Shown: positions 49,403 through 61,295 of the stretch, one piece after another
Position numbering within the stretch: the stretch's first letter is position 1
Layout: each line of letters starts with the position of its first letter
Origin: Eledone cirrhosa
Taxonomy: Eukaryota
DNA length: 64,000 bases
Assembly: GCA_964016885.1 (NCBI GenBank)
Contig: OZ024741.1
Location: forward strand, 224,564,001 to 224,628,000
Direction of reading: 5' to 3'
Position numbers and translations under genes: made by a program
Notes under the pieces: generated by a model
Databases searched by the model: none
What the model was told of the DNA's origin: nothing
The model's input: only the letters and a program-made list of their open reading frames with translations

Positions 49403-51453
49403 TGTAGTTTAGTACCTCATTTATGTAGAATTTTGAGTTGGTTGAAATCAGCAAAATATTGACCTCAAATATAAGCAGACTTTCCATTTTACCATCAAAC
49501 TTTTTTTGTCACATATTTCTAGATTTATATACGAGTATATATGGTAATCAAAATCTTTTGGCTTTTTACATAAAGTATGCTAGCATCAACTTTACTGTTA
49601 AGTTTTCATGCAACTAGCATCTTGAGCTAATTTTCTCTTTTAACCACTAGTCATAATTTTAAACTGTGTACTTTAATTTTGATTTTTTGCAATAGCATTT
49701 TTTCTATTCATTTTTGGGGTGGAACGGGAATGCAGGAATTTGTGGATTTTTAATTTTATTTCTTCATCTTCGTTTCTCTTTAAAAGTTTAACATTTTTTC
49801 AAAGACTGTGAAGATTTAAATATAGAAATAAGAATGATCCAGTGAATGAGTAGAGTATCACTCAGAGAGAGTAAGACAAACAATGAAATGCAGAGGATGA
49901 TGGGGATAGAACCAGTAATGAATGTGAATGTTGGAAAGAGATAAATGAGATGAATGTAGAAGAAACTAGGGTCAGACCAAGAAAGGCATGCTAAAGATCA
50001 TGGAAGAGGAAATGAAAGTCAGGGGTTTAGTGAGGATGGGGTATAGATGATAGGGCAAAATGGAGAACCTTATCATGTAACCCACAACACTAACCCTTGC
50101 TTTAGCAGGGAAAATGGTCTTAAGACACTTGTTGGGAAAAGTTCAAAATATACATAAAATATAATCAAATCATAAAAGAAATAAAATTCCCATTCTTCAT
50201 AATTTTTTAAAACAAAATCTGAACACAAATTTAACTGATCGTTTGGCACACTTATTTTTTTAAATACGCCATTTATGAACCAGTTGCTATGTCTTTTTTG
50301 AAACAATTAAAATTATGCCTTTGGATATTACAATTTTGTTATCCTTTAAAAATTACAATTGGCTGAAAGATTGTTTTTTAAAATTTTTTTTTTTTGCATG
50401 ATTTCTCGGCTAATAAAGTTTTTTAAATTCTTGTCCTTGTCATCTGACAACTCAGTGTCCTTCCAGTGATGCAGGAAAATATTTGGTTTAAAGTCAAGAA
50501 TTTTTAGTCTATCAAGTTTATTATAACTATTGATACTTCTGAAATTATCTGTAAATGCAAAAATTAATAAAATGTCAAACATACATTTACAAATCACAGT
50601 GTGGTTGTGTGATATGACGTGGTAGACCGGGCATCAGGGTAGAATTATATCAACATGCCATTGGATGATGATGGGGGTGGTGTAGAGTTAACAAATCCTT
50701 GGAAACTGGGGCAAATCTAAAAAATTGTCTTGTAAGCCTGAAGTCACTGGATGACAGCAATAATAATATAACTGATATTGGGGACAATCATTCCATAGTA
50801 TGAAGTAAAGGAAAATATGTTCACTTTATCATGCCTAGATTCATCGATACAATTCATAGATATCATTAACAATTGATATCCATGAAATGTATAGAATTAG
50901 CTCATGGATCGCATAATTTTACACTTCTTTTTTTGTTTTTTAAAACAGTATGTTTTCTTTCTTTAAATAAATTCTACAAGAAAAAAAAATCATAATAAAT
51001 GATAACTTTTCACGTTTTTTTTAATGTTTGGATAAAATATATTTCTATATTATGACCTTAGATGATATATCTTATATCTTTATAAATATAAAAATATACA
51101 TATGGTCAAAATATGAAATAATAGCACATCTTATATATTGTTATAATTATAATTTCACATGCATGATGTCACATGACTTATCTCACATATGGGATATTTA
51201 GGTATCTTAATTTCAAATGTAGAATATTTTGATTGCATATGTAAGATATTAGGATATCAACTACTTAATATTGCATGCATGATATTGTTTTCTTACATGG
51301 GTCATATAGGTGTTTTTAGATATTAGACATGGGGATTTTCGATGTTTGGTATCTTGTTGATTGTGTGGTGTATTAGAAATATAAGATATTTGGATTTGAT
51401 ATCTTCATCTCAAATATTATTTTATATATATATCATCACCGTTTAACATCTGT

Positions 51454-51536
<83 letters not shown>

Positions 51537-51564
51537 ATCAAAAGATGGTTAAAAGAGTTCCATG

Positions 51565-51635
51565 TATTTTATTATGTGCATTTCAAAAACAAATATCAGC
51601 ATCCGATGACATTTGCGTTTTTGTCAGATAAAATA
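51565..51635 (-). ncRNA. Hammerhead motif with mutated core (CTGACAA), inverted partner of 51756-51826
   Basis: Same stems as the + copy, but a core G is changed to A and stem III reads ATGCACAT. Confidence 0.65.
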
Positions 51636-51755
51636 GGGAGACATGGTATGAAGGTTAAAAAACACTTGCGAATAGTGCAGTTTTAAATCAACATATCAAA
51701 CATATTAAAACTGCACTATTCGCAAGTGTTTTTTAACCTTCATATCATGCCTCCC

Positions 51756-51826
51756 TATTTTATCTGACGAACACGCAAATGTCATCGCATGATGATATTT
51801 GTTTTTGAAATGCGCATAATAAAATA
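51756..51826 (+). ncRNA. Minimal type-I hammerhead ribozyme motif (same family as 15900-15970)
   Basis: TATTTTAT-CTGACGA (51764-51770)-stem II-GAAA (51807-51810)-TGCGC-ATA-ATAAAATA; predicted cleavage after 51818. Confidence 0.8.
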
Positions 51827-52382
51827 CATGGAACTCTTTTAACCATTTTTTGATCTTATATATTATTTATACTCCAGTCCTACAAACTGTAGAGTGCTAC
51901 TTATCCGATATCTGCATTGCTTTATTGTACTACAATAAAACTCACCCTATATATATATATATATATATATATAAGTTTTGATTGCAGATGTATGATATTT
52001 CAATATCAAATATCTGGCATTCATTAAAACAGATAAATTTTAGATATTGTTTTTTATTACACAGATACAAAGGTCTCAGATTTATAGAAAAAATGAATCT
52101 GGGTGGCATCCATGTTTCTCTCTCAAGCACAATATTCACATTTTAATAAATAAATGAGTTCTAATTTCTCTTCTCTAAAGAAAACAAACAACTATAAAAA
52201 CCTGATTATCTTTGTTGCAGTAGTTATTATTGAGCTTGTTGTTGTTGTTATTGTAGCCTTTATTTCCCTGTTTGAGGAAAATATTAGGTAGATACTTTGT
52301 AGAAGTATGAATATTTTTTTCTGTTTTGCATTATATTTTGCAGATATTTCAGTATTTTTAATAATAATCATAATATATATAC

Positions 52383-52419
<37 letters not shown>

Positions 52420-52426
<7 letters not shown>

Positions 52427-52442
52427 ATACATTTTTTGGTAC

Positions 52443-52513
<71 letters not shown>

Positions 52514-52528
52514 GTATATATATATATG

Positions 52529-52575
<47 letters not shown>

Positions 52576-52606
52576 GTATATATATATATATATATGTATA
52601 TACATA

Positions 52607-52650
<44 letters not shown>

Positions 52651-52722
52651 GTACCAAAAAATGTATACACACTTCAACAGCATTCTAATAAATATGTGCA
52701 TACATTTTTTGGGGACACTCTG

Positions 52723-52724
<2 letters not shown>
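52420..52724. mobile_element. Tiny Tc1/mariner-type MITE (52645-52724) plus an extra TIR (52420-52450) in (TA)n
   Basis: AGGGTGTACCAAAAAATGTATACAC termini in inverted orientation with TA flanks. Confidence 0.65.
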
Positions 52725-52753
<29 letters not shown>

Positions 52754-53450
52754 GGATAAATTTTGTTTAGGCAATATTAACTGATGTATTATTGAATTTC
52801 TGCGCCTAAAATAAATAAAAAAAATAATTTTGTAGAGCTGGCTTAAGGACCTAACGCTGAACTATTTTTAGCACTTCTGTTGGCCCATGAATTTGCCAGA
52901 CAATACAATCGATATTTGTGTATTGATCACAATTACTATTTTGTATTTCTGCTCCTAACATTGAAATTTAGTTGAGCTGATTTGTGGACCTAATGCACTG
53001 TTATTTTTAGCATTCCTATTGGCTCGCCTGTATCTTTCTGCTTAATCTACACGTGTCTTCACAGCTGGTGTTAAATGCATGGCCGATGGTGGCAATATGT
53101 GTGTTTAGTAAAACAAGGTCTACTGAAGATGTGTCTGGTGTCTCTTATAATGCCCTTTATCTAATAATTAATTCTACTTTTGGCACAAGGCCAGCAATTA
53201 TCCCAGTATATTACTAGTACTTTATTTTATCGACCCCGTAAGGATGAAAGGCAAAGTAACCTCGGCGGGATTTGAACTCAGACCATAAAGGGCCATAACT
53301 CTTTGCTGCAAAGCATGGCGTCAGACCCTCTACCGATACTGCAATGGTACTTGGTATTATTTCTTGTGAACCTGAAACATCTGTATAGATGTTAGGAATC
53401 ATTTTTTTGTAAGTTCAACACTTACTTTCCGATTTTCTTATGTCTTCATA

Positions 53451-53831
<381 letters not shown>

Positions 53832-54074
53832 GGCCTTCAACACATTGTCTAGGCAATATTAGCTGATGTATTATTGTAGTATAGTAGTTCTGCTCCTAAA
53901 TAAATTAAAAAGGAAAAAATTCACTTTAGTAGAGCTTGCTTAAGAGCTTAATAATGAGCTATTTTTAGCACTCCTGTTGGTCCATGCATTTGCCAGACAG
54001 TACGATTGATATTTGTCTATTGATCAAAATTATCATTTTGTATATGTATTTATATATATTTATATATATACATT

Positions 54075-54376
54075 TCAGAAATAATTTAATCCTCTGTTTC
54101 CAGTTTCTGTTCTTAGTGTCCCTGTTCGAGGAGTGTACCCCATAAAATCTACAAATTCATCAGAAGTGGCTCGTCGCAATGGGTTGGGAGACGAATGTTT
54201 TGGGATGTGGTTGTTCGGTGTTGCATTTTGGCTATGGGTTGGTTCGGTCAGGTCCAACTTTGCATGCAATTTTCTTTTGTTTATGATAACCAGTTTTGCA
54301 ATGATGGTAAGTAGGATACATATTGTACCAAAGCAGATACCCAGTAGGAAATAAAGTAGCGCCTTCTCTTTGTTTC
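54075..54376 (-). CDS. EVA1C: Last coding exon of an EVA1/FAM176-family single-pass membrane protein (EVA1C-like)
   Basis: Minus-strand acceptor TTCTATTTTACCAG, phase 1. NKEKALLYFLLGICFGTICILLTIIAKLV resembles the EVA1 motif .PERAAL.FVS.VC.GL.LTL..LV. The TM helix is followed by KRK and the protein ends in an aromatic C-terminus (LNYF*). Upstream exons were not found in the window. Confidence 0.72.
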
Positions 54377-55091
54377 CTGGTAAAATAGAAGAAAAAAATG
54401 ATAAAAAATTATATATATGTAGAGTTAATTCCACAATAAATGAACAAAGCATACTTGAGAACATTTGTTTCACCTGAAGAATTCTTCAGCTTGTCAGTGG
54501 TTACTGGAGTGTGATTTCGTTTTATGAAAGAATGAGCCCTCAATATGTAAACATAGAGAGAATATAAATATCTTAATACAGGGTATTAGTAATACATTAA
54601 AAAATATACTATACAATCACACAAGAAACTAAACATTGAAGGTCCCCATGCCGGGTGTATAATCATTATTGGGAAAGGTATAATTTTACCAATAATTGTT
54701 TCTACTTTTGGCACAAGGCCAGCAATTACCCACTGTATTACTGGTACTTTATTTTACCAATAATGTCAATGAAACTGACACGTTTTTATGTATTACTAAT
54801 ACTATATATATATATATATATATATAATTAATACAATAACAGAGATAGTTTAAAGCTAAACTCTGACTGGTAACCATCTCACTCAACAAACATTAGGTTA
54901 TATTAAAATATAAACCCAATTTAAATGTTTGGGGTGCTAACAATATGTATATAGTATTAGTAATACATAAAAAAAGTGTATATATATACAAGTGAAACAT
55001 GGTCACCCGACCAATCTTGCCTCAAGTGGGACAATTCCTGACTAACCCATGCTAGCGTGGAAGATAGACGTTAAACGATGATGATGATGAC

Positions 55092-55133
<42 letters not shown>

Positions 55134-55211
55134 ATATTTATATATATACACACATACATATATATACACGCATTAATAAAAAAATCGGAGGCCCTATTCA
55201 GTTGATTCAGG

Positions 55212-55288
55212 TTTATTTAAAACTCTGTTATACATATTTCCCTGAGGACTATCAGTTACGATAGCCTGAGCTCTTCAGATGACAAAAC
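55212..55288 (-). ncRNA. Degenerate hammerhead-like motif
   Basis: Minus strand reads CTGAAGA-GCTCAGGCTATC(gtaact)GATAGTCCTCAGG-GAAA-TATGTATA...AATAAA. Stem I pairs poorly. Confidence 0.5.
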
Positions 55289-56230
55289 CTAAAAAAAAAA
55301 CCTTGAAAGTTGCTAAGAAAGCTTTAAATTTGGAAAAATCCAATAATTTCCCTGAAAAAGATTTTCTTTACATGATACATTTATACAAGTCATTGAGTGC
55401 TTCTTTTTATCTGAATCACAACTGACAGACCATAATGTAGTTTGCACATCTCTGTTCGGGTTAACCCTATACTCTAAATTTATATATATAGTTAAGAGAA
55501 AAACTGTGTATAAGAGGGCTACGCTGTGTAGTATGTTGGTATGGACATGTGATGCACATGGAGGATGACCACTGGGTAAAGAAGTGCCAAGAAATCCCAG
55601 TAGAAGGAAGATGCAGTAGAGGAAGATCACAAAAAAACATAGGCAGAGCCGACCTCAGATTGCTGAAGCTCACAGAGGAGATGACAAAGGACTATGACGA
55701 ATGGAGAGATGCTGTGCTGAATAGGATCCATCCCGCCCTTGCAAACAGGGAAAAGCGAACGTAAAATGATGATGATGATTATATATATATATATATATAT
55801 ATATATCATCATCATCATCATCATCATCATTTTACGTCCACTTTTCCCTGTTTGCAAGGGTGGGACGGGAACTGATTCTGGCTTGATTTCTACAGCTGGA
55901 TGCCCTTCCTAACACCAACCTCATTTACAGCGAGTGCTGGGTGCTTTTTTGCCGTGGCACCTCCACGACCACTTTACAGTGGAATGATATGGACCCTGTC
56001 CCTATCATCTCATTTCTACAGCTGAGTAAACTGGAGCAATGTGAAATAAAGTCTCTTGCTCAAGGAAACAACACATCACCCGGTCTGAGAATTGAACTCA
56101 CAACCTTTCGATTGCAAGGCCAATGCTCTAACCACTAAGCCATGTGCCTTCATATATATATATATATATATATAGAGAGAGTATAAATATATGTATATAT
56201 ATATATACATACATATATTTATGTATATGT

Positions 56231-56490
56231 AGTATAAATAGAGAGTTAGGAAAAACTAGACAAGGAGAGATGAGATTTGAAGAAAGATTTATGACATTAT
56301 ATTCTCTAACAAGATCTGCTGGATTCGAACATATTGCGAGTGAGTAAATAATGGGAGGAATATTCTGATTCAGCTCTTGTAAGTGATTGCATAACACCAC
56401 TGAAACACATGTTGGGGAATATAATGTAATAATTCTTTCTTTAAATCTCATCTCTTCTTGCCTACGTTTTCCTAGTAATCTATTTATACT
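56231..56490. mobile_element. Diverged ~80-bp inverted-repeat element
   Basis: 56231-56311 is an imperfect reverse complement of 56410-56490. Confidence 0.6.
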
Positions 56491-56686
56491 AAATTACTTC
56501 GTGAAATTCTCGTTGGAACCTTGTACTATATTCGATGATTCACCATCTGGATACTTATGTTACATAACTCCACCAACCACATTGAGAACAACTAACTGGT
56601 AGGCTGTTTATTTCACCTTTTGTTTGTATATTCACTCCACACAAATACAAAATAATCAGCACAAGGGGAAATCTCTATATCTTTTC

Positions 56687-56779
<93 letters not shown>

Positions 56780-56781
<2 letters not shown>

Positions 56782-57492
56782 AGGGCTCTGTTCTTAGCCC
56801 TCTCCTGTTCATCATAGTCCTGCAGGCAATAACGGAGGAGTTTAAGACCGGATGCCCATGGGAACTCCTGTATGCAGATGACTTCGCACTTATAGCTGAA
56901 TCTATGGTAGAACTAGAGAAGAAATTCCAAACTTGGAAGCAGGGACTAGAAAGAAAGGGTCTCAAACTCAACCTGACAAAGACTAAGGTCCTTGTAAGTA
57001 GACGAGAAAGCAGAACCCAGATCCCGTCAGGGAAATGGCCTTGCTCAGTATGTAGGTAGGAACTCCATTGTCTGCCCCAAATGCAAAAAATGGGTACACA
57101 AGAGATGTAGCGGGATCTCAGGACGCTTAACTAAGAATGTAGGCTTCTGGCACCACGCAGTAATACAGAAGACCCGACCCTCCATGGGTACAAGCCAAAG
57201 CTGAAGCATATAGACAATATGCCCCCACACCCTCCCACTGCAAAGTGGTCGTGGAGGTGCCATGGAAAAAAAGCACCCAGCCCACACTGTAAAGTGATGT
57301 GTAGGCGCCACGGAAAAAAAGCACCCAGCACTCACTGTAAATGAGGAAGGGCATCCAGCTGTAGAAATAAAGCCAGAATCAGTTCCCGTATGAGCAAGAC
57401 AAGGTCAGCCGACCGGACACTGCCCATAACAGGACAATCCGTCTAACCCATGCTAGCGAGGAAGAACGGAGGTAAAACAGTGATGATGATGA
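56780..57492 (+). mobile_element. Internally deleted RTE fragment
   Basis: QGSVLSP...YADD...finger region joined directly to the RTE 3' end near 57147. Confidence 0.85.
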
Positions 57493-57933
57493 TATATGTA
57501 TGAAAATTTGTACTGGTGCCCAACGAGAGGCCAATTTTAAAATGGCTCTTCTACTATACAGTGTTGGCCATAACTGGACCCTAAACCTAAGGTCGTGCAT
57601 ATATGTTAAGTGTATGAAATTTTAAATATACTATATGTTTGTAAATAACATTATTCTTTCTTCCCCATTTCCTTAACATGTTCAAAATCACCAACATTTT
57701 ACACCAATACAAATTCCGCCCTTTGATAATGCATAAAATGCTGAAACCGGTAATAGACAATTATTAAATATATAAATAAATAAATGCCATTGTTAATTAA
57801 TAAATAAATTAACTAATACTTAACACTTCAGTAAAATATTTTGTTTTAAACATTTTCTAACCCAGAAAAAAGAGAAACAAATAAAAGGGGAAAAAATATA
57901 TATTTTTCCTAATAATCGTCTTTTTCTCCCTAT

Positions 57934-57995
<62 letters not shown>

Positions 57996-58155
57996 GTATA
58001 TATATATATATTTTTATCCTTTAACCTTTATATGTAAATTGCCATGCCATATCATTATGATGGATGTCATCCCACTGTGGGTCAATATATGCATATGTTT
58101 TTATATGTCTCTTGTGTTGAAAAGGAGGTCAAGTATGTTATAGATCACTAAATAG

Positions 58156-58204
58156 TTGCTCCGAAGAATCCAAACCTCGGTTTGGAGGAAACAATTGTAA
58201 GCAA
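58156..58204 (+). ncRNA. Degenerate minimal hammerhead motif
   Basis: TTGCT-CCGAAGA-A-TCCAAACC(tc)GGTTTGGA-G-GAAA-CAATT-GTA-AGCAA, followed by AATAAA. Core has U>C and the stem II closing pair is mismatched. Confidence 0.65.
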
Positions 58205-58365
58205 ATAAAGGATTTAAACTGAACTTTGATTATTGTAATCTCTCTCTCTCTATATATATATAAACGGAAAAAATGAAACGAAATTTCATTGTACATACTT
58301 ATATATATATATATGATATTTTAGTAAGTAAGTTAATTTTATAATTTTCTTATTTTACGTCTCTC

Positions 58366-58403
<38 letters not shown>

Positions 58404-58661
58404 CATCATTTTTTCATCATTTCATTTTACGCCCGCTTTTTCCCTGCTTGCAAGGGTGGGACGGAAACTGATGCTGGCTTGATTTCTACAGCTGGATGCC
58501 CTTCCTAACACCAACCTCATTTACAGTGAGTGCTGGGTGCTTTTTTGCCGTGGCACCTCCACGACCACTTTTGCAGTGGAATGATATGGACCCTGTCCCT
58601 ATCATCTCATTTCTACAGCTGAGTAAACTGGAGTAATGTGAAATAAAGTGTCTTGTATATG

Positions 58662-58787
<126 letters not shown>

Positions 58788-58987
58788 TATACACACACAC
58801 ATATATATATATACACATATATATATATACATATTTATATCAACCCATTAGTCTCTGTGATTATTCTACAGTCTCTGCTCAATAAATACATACACACACA
58901 GAAACACACATACACACACATACACACACATGCACACACATACACAAACTCACATACGTACATACATACATGCATACATACATTCAT

Positions 58988-59057
<70 letters not shown>

Positions 59058-59142
59058 TTATATATAGTAAATATTAGCGAAGGCCATATGAAGTTGTGCA
59101 GAAAATTTATTGACCTATTATATTTCTCTGGGTTCGATGATT

Positions 59143-60350
59143 AGCTTTCAATTCTGTACCACACAAAAGGCTTATGGCAAAACTCTCTGCAATGGGTGTG
59201 AAGGATGATCTTTTTAAGTGGTTGAAGTCCTTCATTCTCAGTCGAAGAGAGGTAGTCACGGTGCTGGGACAGCATTCCTCACCATATGAGATGTCATCTG
59301 GTGTACCACAGGGATCTGTTCTTGGCTCCCTTTTGTTTGTGGCATATATTAATGACATAGATGCCAACTTAAAGAATGCCACAGTACTAAAGTATGCAGA
59401 TGACATCAAGCTGTACCTTGAGATAAAAAGGACAGATCCTGAACACTATAGATCTTGCTTGCAGTCTGACCTGGACACAATGCAACAATGGATCTCAGAC
59501 TGGCAACTAAAGCTAGCTGTGGACAAGTGTACCACCACGCATTTTGGGAGTAAAAACCCAGCGTCCACATACTCGCTCCACAGCACTAATATCAAGAAGT
59601 CTTCTTGTGAACGTCACCTGGGCATTACGGTCAACAGCGATTTGTGTTGGACGAAGCACGTCTCTAAAATTGTCAAGAGGGCTGAGGGTGTCTTAGCATC
59701 ACTCAGCAAGACCTTTGTCAGCCGCTCTCCAGCTATCTATTTAAGGCTGTATATGGCTATAGTGCGGCCACACTTAGAATTTGCATCACCAGTCTGGAAC
59801 CCCTATCTTGCTCAGAACATTGACCTCCTGGAAACTGTTCAGAGATGTGCAACCAAGCGAATACCCTCCATCAGGCATCTACCATACTACGAACGCCTTG
59901 CTTCTCTGGGCATGGATACATTGAAGCTCCGACGCCTGGCAACTGACTTGGTAAACACCCACAAAATTGTTAACCATCTTGCCAACAACAACCCTGAGTA
60001 CCTTTTTGATTTCCATGTGTCTAACACACGTGGGCATGCCCACTAAGTCAGAAAACAGCACAGTTCCCATGACTTTCGGAAACATTTTTTCACGCTTAAA
60101 GTTGCTGAAGCATGGAACAAACTACCTGCATCAGTTGTTAGCTGTCGAGACACTGCATCCTTTAAAACTTCCATGCTTCCCGAGATTCGCCAACACTACA
60201 CCTAATGTTCCCCCTCCATACACATACACACATGTATATCATGACTCATACACTATTCACTTCCCTGACATTTGTATATTATTCTATGTACTATACATGC
60301 ACCTTTGACGAGTTGTAGTGCACCTGAGCACTTTACACAATAATTTCATT
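59143..60350 (+). mobile_element. 5'-truncated copy of the same CR1 family
   Basis: ORF 59174-60046 with SGVPQGSVLG and YADD; high similarity to the reverse complement of 20130-21345. Confidence 0.93.
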
Positions 60351-61295
60351 AGGGTCGGACGCCATGCTTTCCAACATAGTTACGCCCCTTTACGATCTGA
60401 GTTCAAATCCCGCCGAGGTTAACTTTGCCTTTCATCCTTACGTGGTCGATAAAATAAAGTAGCAGTAATGCACTGGGTAATTGCTGGCCTTGTGCCAAAA
60501 AGTAGAAACAATTATTATTATTTTATGTCATCACCATGTAACCATCGTCCGAAGTTCATCAGATAGCATTTAGAGATAAAGACAAGCAACTTCTATATTT
60601 ATCAATACGAGAAGAAATCATGAGTGCCAGTCAGCTAGATGTCAACAGGCTCTATGCCAGCCCTCGTATGTAGTGTTTATTATGTAATAGGCCAGAATTA
60701 AAAAGAAATTGAGAGTTATCTCCCTTGAACTCGAAAACCCAAACCAACTGACCAGCCTGCTCCATCTCCTCTTGTCAGGTTTATCAGGTTTATAAATTAC
60801 TGATATAAAAGGACTAAATTTTCTTCTTTTTGTCAGTGTTTTAGATTTATGTAGAAGTCACATGACTACATCATATGGCAACTACTAAACATGGTTTAAT
60901 GAATTATAAGAACTGAAGCGACTTTAGTTGTTGTTTAGCCCAAGGTCAGCTCTGATTGAGTAGACCTATCATCAAAGGTACTCCATCATGACCATCCTAT
61001 CTTTTTCTAATGGGAAGGGAACTCATGACCACCTTATTCAACATACTATTTTCTATGATGGAGAGGTATGATTTGAGAGGGATTTCTAGGGCATTATCAG
61101 AGGCAGCTGAAACGCGAGTTTATTATATCTGGCTTAAAAGAGAAGAAGGCACCTTGCTCGGCATCATAACACCAGACGCATTAAATTTCATGCTGTTCTG
61201 ATGCATTGAGGTGGACGGAGTCACAACATGAGACTCACCAAAGACTATGCTGTTGTTCAGGAGTTTCATTGCATACTTCAGTGGGTGGCCCCGAG

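Larger units (their letters stand above)
51531..51860. mobile_element. Fold-back element with 156-bp inverted arms and an 18-nt spacer, beside (TA)n
   Basis: 51531-51686 is a near-perfect reverse complement of 51705-51860. The arm is homologous to about 15865-16035. Confidence 0.85.

Noticed and set aside
54377-54473. N-terminal part of the 132-aa ORF as coding
   Set aside because: It lies upstream of a clear splice acceptor and is intronic; only 54075-54376 is called as exon.
54474-54490. CTGAAGA hammerhead-like core
   Set aside because: Only a short palindrome (CTGAAGAATTCTTCAG) with no GAAA or stems. Isolated CTGANGA hits near 50, 24393 and 60556 were dismissed for the same reason.
61070-61150. 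ALSEAAE...YIWLKR, reminiscent of the C-terminus of restriction-like-endonuclease LINEs
   Set aside because: Too short to assign with confidence.
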